This document shows positions 37,941-46,637 of a stretch of 64,000 bases of DNA, piece after piece (position 1 is the stretch's first letter; each line of letters begins with the position of its first letter). The position numbers and the translations under genes are program-made. The stretch is from Pseudomonadota bacterium (GTDB taxonomy: Bacteria > Pseudomonadota > Alphaproteobacteria > Rhizobiales > JACESI01). The stretch lies in assembly GCA_039180865.1 (NCBI GenBank), contig JBCDCZ010000001.1, positions 5,492-69,491 on the forward strand, given 5' to 3'. The notes below the pieces were generated by a model that saw only the letters and a list, made by a program, of their open reading frames with translations, was not told the origin of the DNA and ran no database searches.

Positions 37941-37986
37941 GAACCACTTCGCCGTTCGCAGTATGGGAAGTGCAAGCAGCCACCTC

Positions 37987-38003
37987 TTGCAAATTGCAAA
38001 TGG
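37987..38003. promoter_or_regulatory. TTGCAAATTGCAAATGG motif in the alg8-like / SGNH intergenic region
   Basis: Exact repeat of the 13-mer at 34597 and closely similar to 28124..28140. It lies in a 159-bp gap inside the otherwise tightly packed operon. Confidence 0.4.
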
Positions 38004-38099
38004 CACGAAGCCACACTCAGAAATAATCCAAATATTTCAATGAATTAAATCTGGCTCACCCTTTGCACACCTGAACCTAAAAGCGATTTGAGGTGTGCC

Positions 38100-39389
38100 A
38101 TGCGAAAATCGATAAAACGAGGCCGACTTTATTCGGCAATGCTTCTGACAGCCTTCTGCGCGGGATTTATGCCATTCATCTTCAACGTCGTTGTCGACCC
38201 CTACGACATGAATGATGTGGTCGATCTCGACCTGGACAAGTTCAAGGTGAGCGAACCTGCCCATTATCCGCTTTGGAAGATGATTCATTTTCCGAAGAAA
38301 GGCCACGAGGCCGTGGTGCTCGGCGACAGTCGCGCCCGGGCTCTCAGGGAAAAACTCTGGCGCAGTCTGGGTGCAGACACATACAACTTCGCCTATGGCG
38401 GGGCGACGATCTACGAGATCTTCGACACATTCGAGCATGTCAAAGATACGCCCAACCTGAAAACGCTTGTCGTCGGATTGCCGTTGCGCAGTTTCGATCC
38501 GGCACACCGCCGTGGCCTCAATCGAGTGCCGGAGGCAATCGAACTCTCAAGAAATCCTTTTGCCTACTACAAGAGCTGGTTTGTCGCGAAAATCGGTTGG
38601 CGCAATCTTGAAAGGCGCTATCCGGAGAATGTCGCGAGGCTTAGGAACTTAGCCTCTCCCATCTTCGCGGAAGCGAAGGCTTTCGGTCTTAAGGATCCTG
38701 CAAAAGCACCTCTTACAGATTTACTGAACCCGGACGTCTGCGAAGGATGTGATCTGCCGGATCACGTCAAGGCAGTTCCCCATCCAATTGTTGCGAGGCG
38801 GCTCAACTTCGGAACCGGTCGCGGCCTTGGTCTGTGGGACGAAGCATGGCCTCCGATTGCGATTTCGCGGGAGCTGCCAAGGAAATTTGAAAGGCAGGTC
38901 CGCAAGAACGGCCGGAACGACTGGGAAGGTTTCAAGTTTTCCGAGGAGCTGTTTGCCAAAATCGCAGCGATTGCAGAATGGAGCAAAGCCAACAACGTCA
39001 AACTGGTTTTTGTCATCCCGCCAACAATTCCGGAGATGCAGGAGCGCATGTCCAGATATGGTTGGTCCGGGCTGAACAACCGGTTCCGCCTTCGTTTGGC
39101 TGAGCTTGCACCGGTTTTCGATTTCGATTTCGACAGCCCCCTTACGCGCGACCTGTCCCAGTTCACCGACGCCTATCATTTTAAAGGTAAAGCCGCCAAA
39201 GCGATGGTCGGCGAGATCCTTCAATTGGTGTCCGATGACCGCAAGGTCGTCGCCAGAGCGCGTAAGAGGCGCTCGGAAATTGTCTGCCCCATATCGGAAA
39301 GCGACCAGGTCACCGACCAGGTGAGCGATGGGATCGTTGAGATGAAACAGGGCGTCTCCTGCCGCATTTGGAGGTGGAGCCATGACTAG
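38100..39389 (+). CDS. Membrane-anchored SGNH-like protein (AlgJ/AlgX/DltD-type O-acetylation partner)
   Basis: ORF 38088..39389. The ATG at 38100 follows a GAGGTG RBS. N-terminal TM, a GDS block (AVVLGDSRARAL) and a DxxH block (FTDAYHF). It lies close upstream of an MBOAT gene (one gene, the Sel1-repeat gene, intervenes). Confidence 0.55.
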   Translation: MRKSIKRGRLYSAMLLTAFCAGFMPFIFNVVVDPYDMNDVVDLDLDKFKVSEPAHYPLWKMIHFPKKGHEAVVLGDSRARALREKLWRSLGADTYNFAYGGATIYEIFDTFEHVKDTPNLKTLVVGLPLRSFDPAHRRGLNRVPEAIELSRNPFAYYKSWFVAKIGWRNLERRYPENVARLRNLASPIFAEAKAFGLKDPAKAPLTDLLNPDVCEGCDLPDHVKAVPHPIVARRLNFGTGRGLGLWDEAWPPIAISRELPRKFERQVRKNGRNDWEGFKFSEELFAKIAAIAEWSKANNVKLVFVIPPTIPEMQERMSRYGWSGLNNRFRLRLAELAPVFDFDFDSPLTRDLSQFTDAYHFKGKAAKAMVGEILQLVSDDRKVVARARKRRSEIVCPISESDQVTDQVSDGIVEMKQGVSCRIWRWSHD

Positions 39390-40590
39390 ACGTGCCAGAA
39401 ATCGCCTCCTCGCAATCAGCGTTGCAATCTTGTTTGCCGGGGGAGCAGGCCTGTGGGCTGCGTCTCATGTTGAAGGCGACAACGAAAGTGTCCGCTACCC
39501 GCCAAATGATCCGAAAATCGTTCGCGCGGTCCGCAAAGCGCGATCCTTGCAAAAGTCCGGGCAACTTAAAGATGCGGTCATTGAACTGGAACGCCTCGTC
39601 ACACGAGGGGATCCGACCGCAATGTATTATTTGGCGATGGCCCACGAGAAAGGCTGGGGGATCTCTCCTGATCTAGAAGAGATGCGAACCCTTCTGCAGG
39701 CGGCGGTGGAATATGAGTTCGACCTCCGCGGTCAGACTGCCTACAAGCTTGGGCGTCTCTATCAATTGGCAAGTGAAGCGGACTGTCAGAAAATCGCCGT
39801 CGCGTGGTTCCAGAAGGCCCTACAGTGGAACTACCCAAAGGCACATATGCAATTGGCCAGCCACTACGAACGTGGGATTGGGATCAAGCAGGATCTGGAT
39901 CTTGCAATTTACCACTTCGAAGAGGCGGCAGACGCAGGGTTCGAAACCGCGTCTCTTTCTTTCGCTCGATCCCTGGTCAAAGGGCGCTTCAAGAAGCGTT
40001 ATGACGCGTCTCGTGCCCTCGCCTTGGCAAACCGTGCAGTCCTTGCCTACGAGATCAAAGCTTCGAACGGCTCTGGCACTGCTGCGAAAGTTCTCGGTCG
40101 TTTGTATCGAGATGGCGAATTCGTCGATCAGAACGATGCGCAGGCACTCTACTGGTTTCGTCGCTCAAGCTTACTTGGCGACACCGGCGGCATGCATGAA
40201 CTCGGCCTTTTTCTCATCGCTGTCTCAACTACGCTTGAGACCGATGCTAGATGGAACGAAGGCCTGAGTTGGCTTGAGAAAGCCGCTTCGCTCAGCCACG
40301 GCGGCGCGATGACGGCGCTCGGACGCCTCCACCTCAAGGAAGAGCGCGATCTCAAAAAAGACGACGCCCCCCAATGGTTCGAAAAAGGGGTGGCGACCGG
40401 TCATGGCGGATCGATGGAAGAGCTCGCCAGGCTCAAGGCGGCAGGTGAACTCGTCCCTCACGATTTACCAGGTGCAATAGTCCTTGCGGAAAAGGGCGCC
40501 AATCTCGGTCACGCCGGGTCGCGCAAACTCTTGAAGAAGCTACAGGCGGCTGAGGAAACCAAGCCCCTGTCTCTTCTGAAAAAATCCTGA
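39382..40590 (+). CDS. Sel1-like repeat (SLR/TPR) protein, AlgK-like
   Basis: 402 aa with an N-terminal signal-anchor and at least 6 Sel1-type repeats (e.g. GDPTAMYYLAMAHEKGWGI, YPKAHMQLASHYERGIGI, GGMHELG, HGGAMTALGRLH). 8-nt overlap with the previous gene. Confidence 0.7.
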   Translation: MTRRARNRLLAISVAILFAGGAGLWAASHVEGDNESVRYPPNDPKIVRAVRKARSLQKSGQLKDAVIELERLVTRGDPTAMYYLAMAHEKGWGISPDLEEMRTLLQAAVEYEFDLRGQTAYKLGRLYQLASEADCQKIAVAWFQKALQWNYPKAHMQLASHYERGIGIKQDLDLAIYHFEEAADAGFETASLSFARSLVKGRFKKRYDASRALALANRAVLAYEIKASNGSGTAAKVLGRLYRDGEFVDQNDAQALYWFRRSSLLGDTGGMHELGLFLIAVSTTLETDARWNEGLSWLEKAASLSHGGAMTALGRLHLKEERDLKKDDAPQWFEKGVATGHGGSMEELARLKAAGELVPHDLPGAIVLAEKGANLGHAGSRKLLKKLQAAEETKPLSLLKKS

Positions 40591-40616
40591 CAATCGAGTG
40601 AGTAAGGAGAAGCGCA

Positions 40617-42119
40617 ATGGTCTTCAGTTCGCTTGAATTTATCTACCTGTTCTTACCTCCGGTTCTCACAGGTTTTTTGATCTTAAGGTGGCTCGGAACC
40701 GAAAAGGGAATCATATGGTGGCTGATCGCTGCATCGCTCGCATTTTACGCGTGGTGGAGCCCGATCCACCTTGTCCTCCTGATGGCGTCGGTCGCTTCCA
40801 ATTTCGCGCTCCACAAGATCATCCTGAAGACTAAGAGTACCACAGTGCTTGCGGTCGGGATTATCGGTAATCTCGCAACCCTCGCTTACTTCAAATACGC
40901 TGATTTTCTAATCGGCAGTTTAAATCCGGTCCTTGGCACGGATCTCGCGATGATGAACATCGTCCTGCCGCTCGCGATTTCGTTCTTCACCTTCCAGCAG
41001 ATATCGTTTCTGTACGATACCTATCGGGGTGACATCGCCGATTGTGGTTTCGCGAAATATTGCCTTTTCGTTGTCTTCTTTCCGCAATTGATCGCCGGTC
41101 CGATCGTACTGCAGAAGGACACAATCCCGCAATTCCGGCTCGCGATCTTTCAAAGCCGGGTCTTCGTGAACCTTTCGGTTGGCGGCACCCTATTCGTCAT
41201 AGGCCTCTTCAAGAAAATCGTTTTCGCTGACGGCGTTGCGCCAGTCGCCAACACGGTTTTCGGTCTTGCAGATAGCGGCGAAGCCGTCCCGCTAGAAGCG
41301 GCCTGGATCGGTGCCCTCGCCTATACACTGCAGATCTATTTCGACTTTTCGGGTTATTGCGATATGGCGCTGGGCCTTGCACGCATGTTCGGCATCCGTT
41401 TGCCGATCAATTTCAACTCCCCCTATAAGTCAAAATCTATTGTCGAATTCTGGCGCCGCTGGCACATCACGCTCTCCCGCTTTTTGCGCGACTACCTGTA
41501 CATTCCGCTCGGCGGAAACAAGCAGGGCAAAGGGCGCCGCTACTTCAACCTGATGGCGACGATGGTCCTTGGCGGGCTCTGGCACGGTGCAGCCTGGACC
41601 TTTGTCTTCTGGGGGCTCCTGCACGGCTTCTACCTCATCATCAATCACGCCTGGAGCGCCATCTCGCGCGACTTCGAGGAGCTTGCCGTCATCCCGCGAC
41701 CAGTCCGCGTCCTCTTTGCCCAAAGCCTCACCATGCTGGCCGTCGTCGTCGCTTGGGTTTTCTTCAGAGCGGAAACTTTCGGCGGCGCGCTTTCGATCCT
41801 TCAGGGCATGACCGGACTAACAGACGGCGTGAATAAGGCGCTTTGGAAAGACCTGATGCTTCAAAGCGCAAACCACTGGGCGGTTATCGCATGTTTGTTT
41901 GCTGTCGTCTTTGTCGCGCCGAACAGCATCGAGATTTTGCGCAACTACCGTCCTGTCACCGAGTTGAGAGCCGCGCTCCAAAATGCCGGCAAAGTCCGGC
42001 GGATTGTCTGGCGCGCCTCACCTGGATGGGGGCTTGTCGCGGCGGGCCTGACGCTTGTTGCGGTGATCCAGGTCTACCGTCTCGAGAACATGACGGAGTT
42101 CATCTACTTCAATTTCTAA
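40617..42119 (+). CDS. algI: MBOAT-family O-acyltransferase (AlgI/DltB type)
   Basis: 500 aa, polytopic. Signature FWRRWHITLSRFLRDYLYIPLGGN containing the conserved His. Confidence 0.85.
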   Translation: MVFSSLEFIYLFLPPVLTGFLILRWLGTEKGIIWWLIAASLAFYAWWSPIHLVLLMASVASNFALHKIILKTKSTTVLAVGIIGNLATLAYFKYADFLIGSLNPVLGTDLAMMNIVLPLAISFFTFQQISFLYDTYRGDIADCGFAKYCLFVVFFPQLIAGPIVLQKDTIPQFRLAIFQSRVFVNLSVGGTLFVIGLFKKIVFADGVAPVANTVFGLADSGEAVPLEAAWIGALAYTLQIYFDFSGYCDMALGLARMFGIRLPINFNSPYKSKSIVEFWRRWHITLSRFLRDYLYIPLGGNKQGKGRRYFNLMATMVLGGLWHGAAWTFVFWGLLHGFYLIINHAWSAISRDFEELAVIPRPVRVLFAQSLTMLAVVVAWVFFRAETFGGALSILQGMTGLTDGVNKALWKDLMLQSANHWAVIACLFAVVFVAPNSIEILRNYRPVTELRAALQNAGKVRRIVWRASPGWGLVAAGLTLVAVIQVYRLENMTEFIYFNF

Positions 42120-42133
42120 GGGCATGAATAAAA

Positions 42134-44116
42134 ATGAAAACTCGCATGTCCTTAGCGAGGGCGAGCGCTTGGCACATCTTGATGCTCGCCCTCATCCTCA
42201 GTCCTTACTGTTCACCCGTAGGGGCTGAGGACAGTTTACCCGGCTACGAAATTGCGCTCAAAGGCAAGAAAACAAGCTTCAATACCCATACTGGAAAACT
42301 AACAATCCGCGGCATCAGCCGCAAAGGACTGGTATCCGCCCAACGTCGGAGCAATCTCCTTCTCAGCCGCTATTTCGAAGACGGTGGCTTTCGCGAGACC
42401 GTTGAGCTTAATGGAGAGATACTCGTTGACGGTCGAGATACGAGCGACATAGCCCGGGTATCCGGGTTTCGCACCGATCGCGACGGTTCCTTCGTCTACG
42501 TCCGAATAACAAAAGGGCCGGACGGCCAGGTGACGCTTGTGCAGGATGGCGATCCGGTACTGACCTGGCGACGAAACAGTCGGATCAGCATCCTGTCTTA
42601 TGACCGCAAGAGCCTCGTTACGGCCGAATATGATCAGGCCCGCCAGCGTACCGTTTTTTTGCGCTATATGCGCCTTGAGAACGGTCGAATATCATCTGAG
42701 CCCCAGCCAATTGGCGCTTTAGAAGACTGCGCTTTGTTGGGTGCGCGGATCACGAAAACGTCTATCATCGCTCAAACCTATTGCGACCCATCAAAGGGAA
42801 GTGACCTCGTCGAGATTAGCCTTGAGACGGGGGAGCAGAGCGGGATCGCTGCGGGTTCCGCCGATGAGATGATATCTCCGATCAGGCCACGCGAAAAAGG
42901 CGCAATCTCCGTTCTTACGATTGATGGCAATCCCAATGGCAAGCAAGCCTTTCATGCAATAGCAGGACTTTTCCTTTCCTCGCTTGGAGAACCGATGTCA
43001 CTTGCCTCTGACGAGGCCGGGCGCCAGAGCTGGGCGCAAAGCTACCGGACAAGAACACTCGGACTGCTCTTTGAGAAGACCGGGCACCCAGTGTTCGCAT
43101 CACTCGCGACTCGCGCGATGACCAACACGCTCATGCAGGATAACCGAAGGCTGGGCCTGACAGGCCCATTCAATCCGTCTTGCGCATGGGCGTCCCGGAT
43201 TTACTCACAAGACGGCAAGTCACCGGTTTCATTCCTCGTCAATCAGGCGATGATTGCCTCAGCCCTGACACGTACCTGCGAACGCCTTGGTACGTCCTGT
43301 CCATCGAAGCTTAAAGCGGCCATTGAACGAAAAAACCGTTGTCTGATCGCGGCCTATGAACCGCATTTCGATCACAAGCACGGACTCTACCGGATACAAT
43401 ATGGCGCACCCTTTCGGTTCGATGGGATATGGGCGCCCTGGAACTGGCAAATGAGCCTGCTACCGGTCCTTGTGAACGTTGCCCGTTCTCAGGAAAACGA
43501 CACTCTAAAAAACCGTGCTGCAAGTATCGCAAACCGGTTCGTTGAGAGCTGGAGCGAGCAAGAAAACGGTGTCACTTGGCGTTATTGGCCTCGCCCCTAT
43601 TACGACGGATGGCAGAGCGAAGACCGAATATCGCAGAACAGACCGGAGCAACGAACACACATTCCGAAACGGTTCGAAGACACCAACCATGCCGGGATTA
43701 GTCTGCTTGGGCTGGCGGATTCGGGGTATCGAAACGCACTACCTGAATCGATGGCAGACGGGCTCACCAGACGGATCGATACGCTGATTGAAGCCGTTCC
43801 GGGAAGCCCACGTGATCTCGACGGGCAAGGACCGAGGAGCCCGCAATGGATTCCGGGTGGGGGCTTCGCGGCATTTGCTACGGACGAATTGGATAAACTC
43901 TATGCAGCGAAGTTACCTGCAAGCGTTTCATCGGATCAGCATCTTGCCTATGCCATGCTTTTCGATCCGAAAGAACCGTTCGATCTTAGGATAGAACTGC
44001 GCCAGTGCGATGAGACTGGATGCTCGACACGAGTCGATAAGCGCTACAATTCCGTTTCAGATTTTCTGTCCGACAACCCGCTCTTTACAATCCGTCGCCT
44101 TAAAACCGGACGATAA
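42134..44116 (+). CDS. Secreted 660-aa protein of unknown function, last gene of the EPS operon
   Basis: Signal peptide (ILMLALILSPYCSPVGAED). No motif I can assign. The 14-nt gap after the MBOAT gene implies co-transcription. Confidence 0.6.
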   Translation: MKTRMSLARASAWHILMLALILSPYCSPVGAEDSLPGYEIALKGKKTSFNTHTGKLTIRGISRKGLVSAQRRSNLLLSRYFEDGGFRETVELNGEILVDGRDTSDIARVSGFRTDRDGSFVYVRITKGPDGQVTLVQDGDPVLTWRRNSRISILSYDRKSLVTAEYDQARQRTVFLRYMRLENGRISSEPQPIGALEDCALLGARITKTSIIAQTYCDPSKGSDLVEISLETGEQSGIAAGSADEMISPIRPREKGAISVLTIDGNPNGKQAFHAIAGLFLSSLGEPMSLASDEAGRQSWAQSYRTRTLGLLFEKTGHPVFASLATRAMTNTLMQDNRRLGLTGPFNPSCAWASRIYSQDGKSPVSFLVNQAMIASALTRTCERLGTSCPSKLKAAIERKNRCLIAAYEPHFDHKHGLYRIQYGAPFRFDGIWAPWNWQMSLLPVLVNVARSQENDTLKNRAASIANRFVESWSEQENGVTWRYWPRPYYDGWQSEDRISQNRPEQRTHIPKRFEDTNHAGISLLGLADSGYRNALPESMADGLTRRIDTLIEAVPGSPRDLDGQGPRSPQWIPGGGFAAFATDELDKLYAAKLPASVSSDQHLAYAMLFDPKEPFDLRIELRQCDETGCSTRVDKRYNSVSDFLSDNPLFTIRRLKTGR

Positions 44117-44120
44117 GAAA

Positions 44121-44146
44121 GGGCCGGTCTCTTTCAAAACCGGCCC
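44121..44146. terminator. Bidirectional stem-loop between convergent genes
   Basis: GGGCCGGT-N10-ACCGGCCC, a perfect 8-bp GC-rich stem, 5 nt after the stop at 44116 and 29 nt after the stop at 44175. Confidence 0.6.
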
Positions 44147-44174
44147 GCTTAAGTTCGTGTTTGTCGCCAGAGGA

Positions 44175-46202
44175 TCAGGCAAACAGCAGCCAGTCTGCGC
44201 TCGTTAGATCCGCGACACTCACACCTTCAAAAAGAACGCTATCGTCGTGCATCGGATCTAGCGATGCGAAGTCAAGAAGCGCTCCGTCTTGAGTGTCACT
44301 TAAGGCCGCCTCATAATCTCCGAGGCTGTAACCATCCGACAGCGAGACAAGATCGGTTCCGACTTCAAAGTCGATGATGACATCATCGCCATCACCGAAT
44401 TCAAAGACGAAGGTGTCTTCAACCCCATCATTGCGACCGAGTTCCGCTCCATAAAGAACGTCATCTCCTTCACCGCCATCGATCAGGTCAGAGCCCTTGC
44501 CGCCGCGGAGCATGTCGGCACCTTCCCCACCGGAGAGTGTATCGGCACCGCTTCCACCATTGAGATAATCGTCACCGAATTCCCCGTTGAGAAGATCGTC
44601 ACCGGTATAGCCGATGAGCGTATCATCGCCGGCACCACCATCGATTTCATTCGCTAGGCGGCTCCCGATGATTTTGTCGTCGTACCCTGTGCCGATCATG
44701 TTCTCGATACTGATGAGCTCATCGGTCCCGTCACCTCTAACGGCACCGGTAAGGAGGTTCGCGGAAATCTTCTTCGTCCAGTTCGAGTAGTCGACGGTGT
44801 CAATGCCGGAGCCGCCATTGATCACATCATTACCGGTGCCACCGTCAATCAGATCGTCACCGCTGTTGCCATCGATCTGGTCGTTACCGGAACCGCCTCT
44901 GAGGACATCATCTCCACTGCCACCACTAAGAGTGTCATGACCACTCTCACCTTCGAGGATGTCATTGCCGCTGTTGCCTTCGAGGGAATCGTTGCCCTGG
45001 CCTCCCCTGACGATATCGTTATCGGAGCCGCCCTTCAGAGTGTCATTTCCGTGACCACCTTCGATCGTGTCGTCGCCGGAGCTCCCCTCCAGTAGGTCAT
45101 GACCATTTCCGCCAAAAAGCTGATCGTCTCCCGAATTGCCGAAGAGCTCATCATCACCACGCCCACCATCAAGGAGATCATTTCCAAGCCCACCGAAGAG
45201 TTCGTCATGGCCGTTCTCGCCATAAAGGACATCATTGCCGCGATGGCCGTAGAGCTCATCCGATCCGGTTCCGCCATAAAGGATATCGTCGTCCTTATAG
45301 TCGATCACGATCGGTGGGCCATCGCCCTGCTGGTTACCGGGATTGTCGAGGCCCAACGAAGTCCGGTAATGGGCATTGAGAAGGGTGGCATTCTCAGTCC
45401 CGATATCGACGGTAAAAACGCTGTCGTCGAAGTCGCGATCCCCACCATTATAGAGATCCTCAAATCCGAGCGTGATCGTCCCTTTCTGGGTTTTCAGGAT
45501 TCCGGTCGTATGAAGGATTCCATCCGGATTGAGATCAACCGTGTCGCCGTGCGCCGCCGTATGATAGGCGTGGTGCCTGACGGGCGTCGTCGTGCCATCA
45601 TTACCCTCAAAGACAAGTTGCGGGTTGATGCTCGAGAGCGTTGCCGTATCGCCGTTCGTGTCGATAAACGCGAAGCTACCGTCGTTGAAATTGGCAAAGT
45701 TGTTGTAGCTGTAGCCATTCGAAACGATGAAAAAGCCGAGTTGATCACCGGCCGACACATCGAGATATTCTCGTGTCTCGCCACCGATAAGATTGCCGCC
45801 GCTTCCTTGCAGCGAGGCATTCGGCCAGATGATAGAAACATCCTTGATTTCACCCGTCTCGGCATCGACTTTGTAATAGCCGAAGCTGTTCCGGTATCCG
45901 GCTGTTTCCCCTTCAAAGATCACACTGACCGGATAATCGTCTGTGACTGTGATGGACTGGACCTGTACGACATTGGGACCACCGGACCCGTAAAGCACAT
46001 CGTTGCCGTTGTTGCCGTAGAGCGTGTCGCTCCCGCGACCGCCCCAGACTTCATCATTTCCGTTCTGACCAGACATAACATCATCGCCAAGGCGACCTGA
46101 CATAACGTCTGAATGGACGGTCCCGGTAATCGTGTCGTCTTGATTTGTTCCGATAATCGGGTGTGTTGCCGGTAGGCTCCCCATATCAATTCTCCTGCTC
46201 AT
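44175..46202 (-). CDS. RTX-type calcium-binding repeat protein with a central DUF4114-like domain (probable T1SS substrate)
   Basis: 675 aa. GGxGxD nonapeptide repeats occur near the N-terminus and throughout the C-terminal half. The central segment YRNSFGYYKVD...GDRDFDDSVFTVDIG is DUF4114-like. No signal peptide, and an acidic C-terminus. Confidence 0.8.
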   Translation of the reverse strand: MSRRIDMGSLPATHPIIGTNQDDTITGTVHSDVMSGRLGDDVMSGQNGNDEVWGGRGSDTLYGNNGNDVLYGSGGPNVVQVQSITVTDDYPVSVIFEGETAGYRNSFGYYKVDAETGEIKDVSIIWPNASLQGSGGNLIGGETREYLDVSAGDQLGFFIVSNGYSYNNFANFNDGSFAFIDTNGDTATLSSINPQLVFEGNDGTTTPVRHHAYHTAAHGDTVDLNPDGILHTTGILKTQKGTITLGFEDLYNGGDRDFDDSVFTVDIGTENATLLNAHYRTSLGLDNPGNQQGDGPPIVIDYKDDDILYGGTGSDELYGHRGNDVLYGENGHDELFGGLGNDLLDGGRGDDELFGNSGDDQLFGGNGHDLLEGSSGDDTIEGGHGNDTLKGGSDNDIVRGGQGNDSLEGNSGNDILEGESGHDTLSGGSGDDVLRGGSGNDQIDGNSGDDLIDGGTGNDVINGGSGIDTVDYSNWTKKISANLLTGAVRGDGTDELISIENMIGTGYDDKIIGSRLANEIDGGAGDDTLIGYTGDDLLNGEFGDDYLNGGSGADTLSGGEGADMLRGGKGSDLIDGGEGDDVLYGAELGRNDGVEDTFVFEFGDGDDVIIDFEVGTDLVSLSDGYSLGDYEAALSDTQDGALLDFASLDPMHDDSVLFEGVSVADLTSADWLLFA

Positions 46203-46637
46203 TGAAACTGACTGCGCCGCAATCGCGGCCGCATGGTGTCAGCTCTCAATGGGCAAGAGAAATGCCAGAAAGGCTCAAGATTAGGCCACAATTAAGATAT
46301 TGATTTATAATGATTAAATTTAAAACGCTTAATTGGAGCGACGTGTATCTTTTGCACTTTGCGAAACCGGCTCGCTATATGCGAATTGAGAGGCGAACGG
46401 ATGATCACCAGATCCATGATGTGGAGGCCTTACGAGCCCGCCAGTTGAGAAGTCCTGGCTTTTTATCCTTGAAGGAACTGCAAAAATAACTGAGGCGCTG
46501 AAACCGCTCCTCACATATGGGTTGCTCAGCCCTACAAAAAAGACGGGTAAGTGATCAACGAAAAGGCTTAGGGCGCTTGCATAGTGCCTACAAAACAATT
46601 TGAATTCGTCTCGTGTCAACGAGCTATTTGAGATTTT

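Larger units (their letters stand above)
26289..46637. mobile_element. Putative integrase-less genomic island inserted at tRNA-Arg(CCT)
   Basis: About 20.4 kb delimited by the intact tRNA and the direct repeat of its 3' end. The cargo is a self-contained EPS locus with its own regulators. No integrase-like ORF is seen. Confidence 0.5.

Noticed and set aside
38001-38016. TGGCAC at 38001..38006 as a fourth sigma54 promoter upstream of the SGNH gene
   Set aside because: The sequence is TGGCACGAAGCCACAC. There is no GC dinucleotide at the -12 position with the required spacing, so only the -24 half matches.
45099-46100. 333-aa plus-strand ORF inside the RTX gene, together with the periodic DNA repeats there
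   Set aside because: It is antisense to the RTX/DUF4114 gene. The periodicity comes from the coding GGxGxD nonapeptide repeats. It is not a CRISPR array or a non-coding tandem repeat, because there are no constant-length unique spacers.
44175-46202. The RTX protein as an Azotobacter AlgE-type secreted mannuronan C5-epimerase
   Set aside because: It was tempting because it sits next to an alginate-like locus. However, the non-RTX core is a ~200-aa DUF4114-like domain, not the ~385-aa beta-helix A-module, and I see no DPHD/E-type catalytic motif.
46329-46619. 96-aa minus-strand ORF next to the tRNA as a possible integrase or excisionase remnant
   Set aside because: The translation has no tyrosine-recombinase or Xis-like features. 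It has no RBS and sits in an AT-rich non-coding-looking stretch. It is treated as spurious pending a tblastn check.
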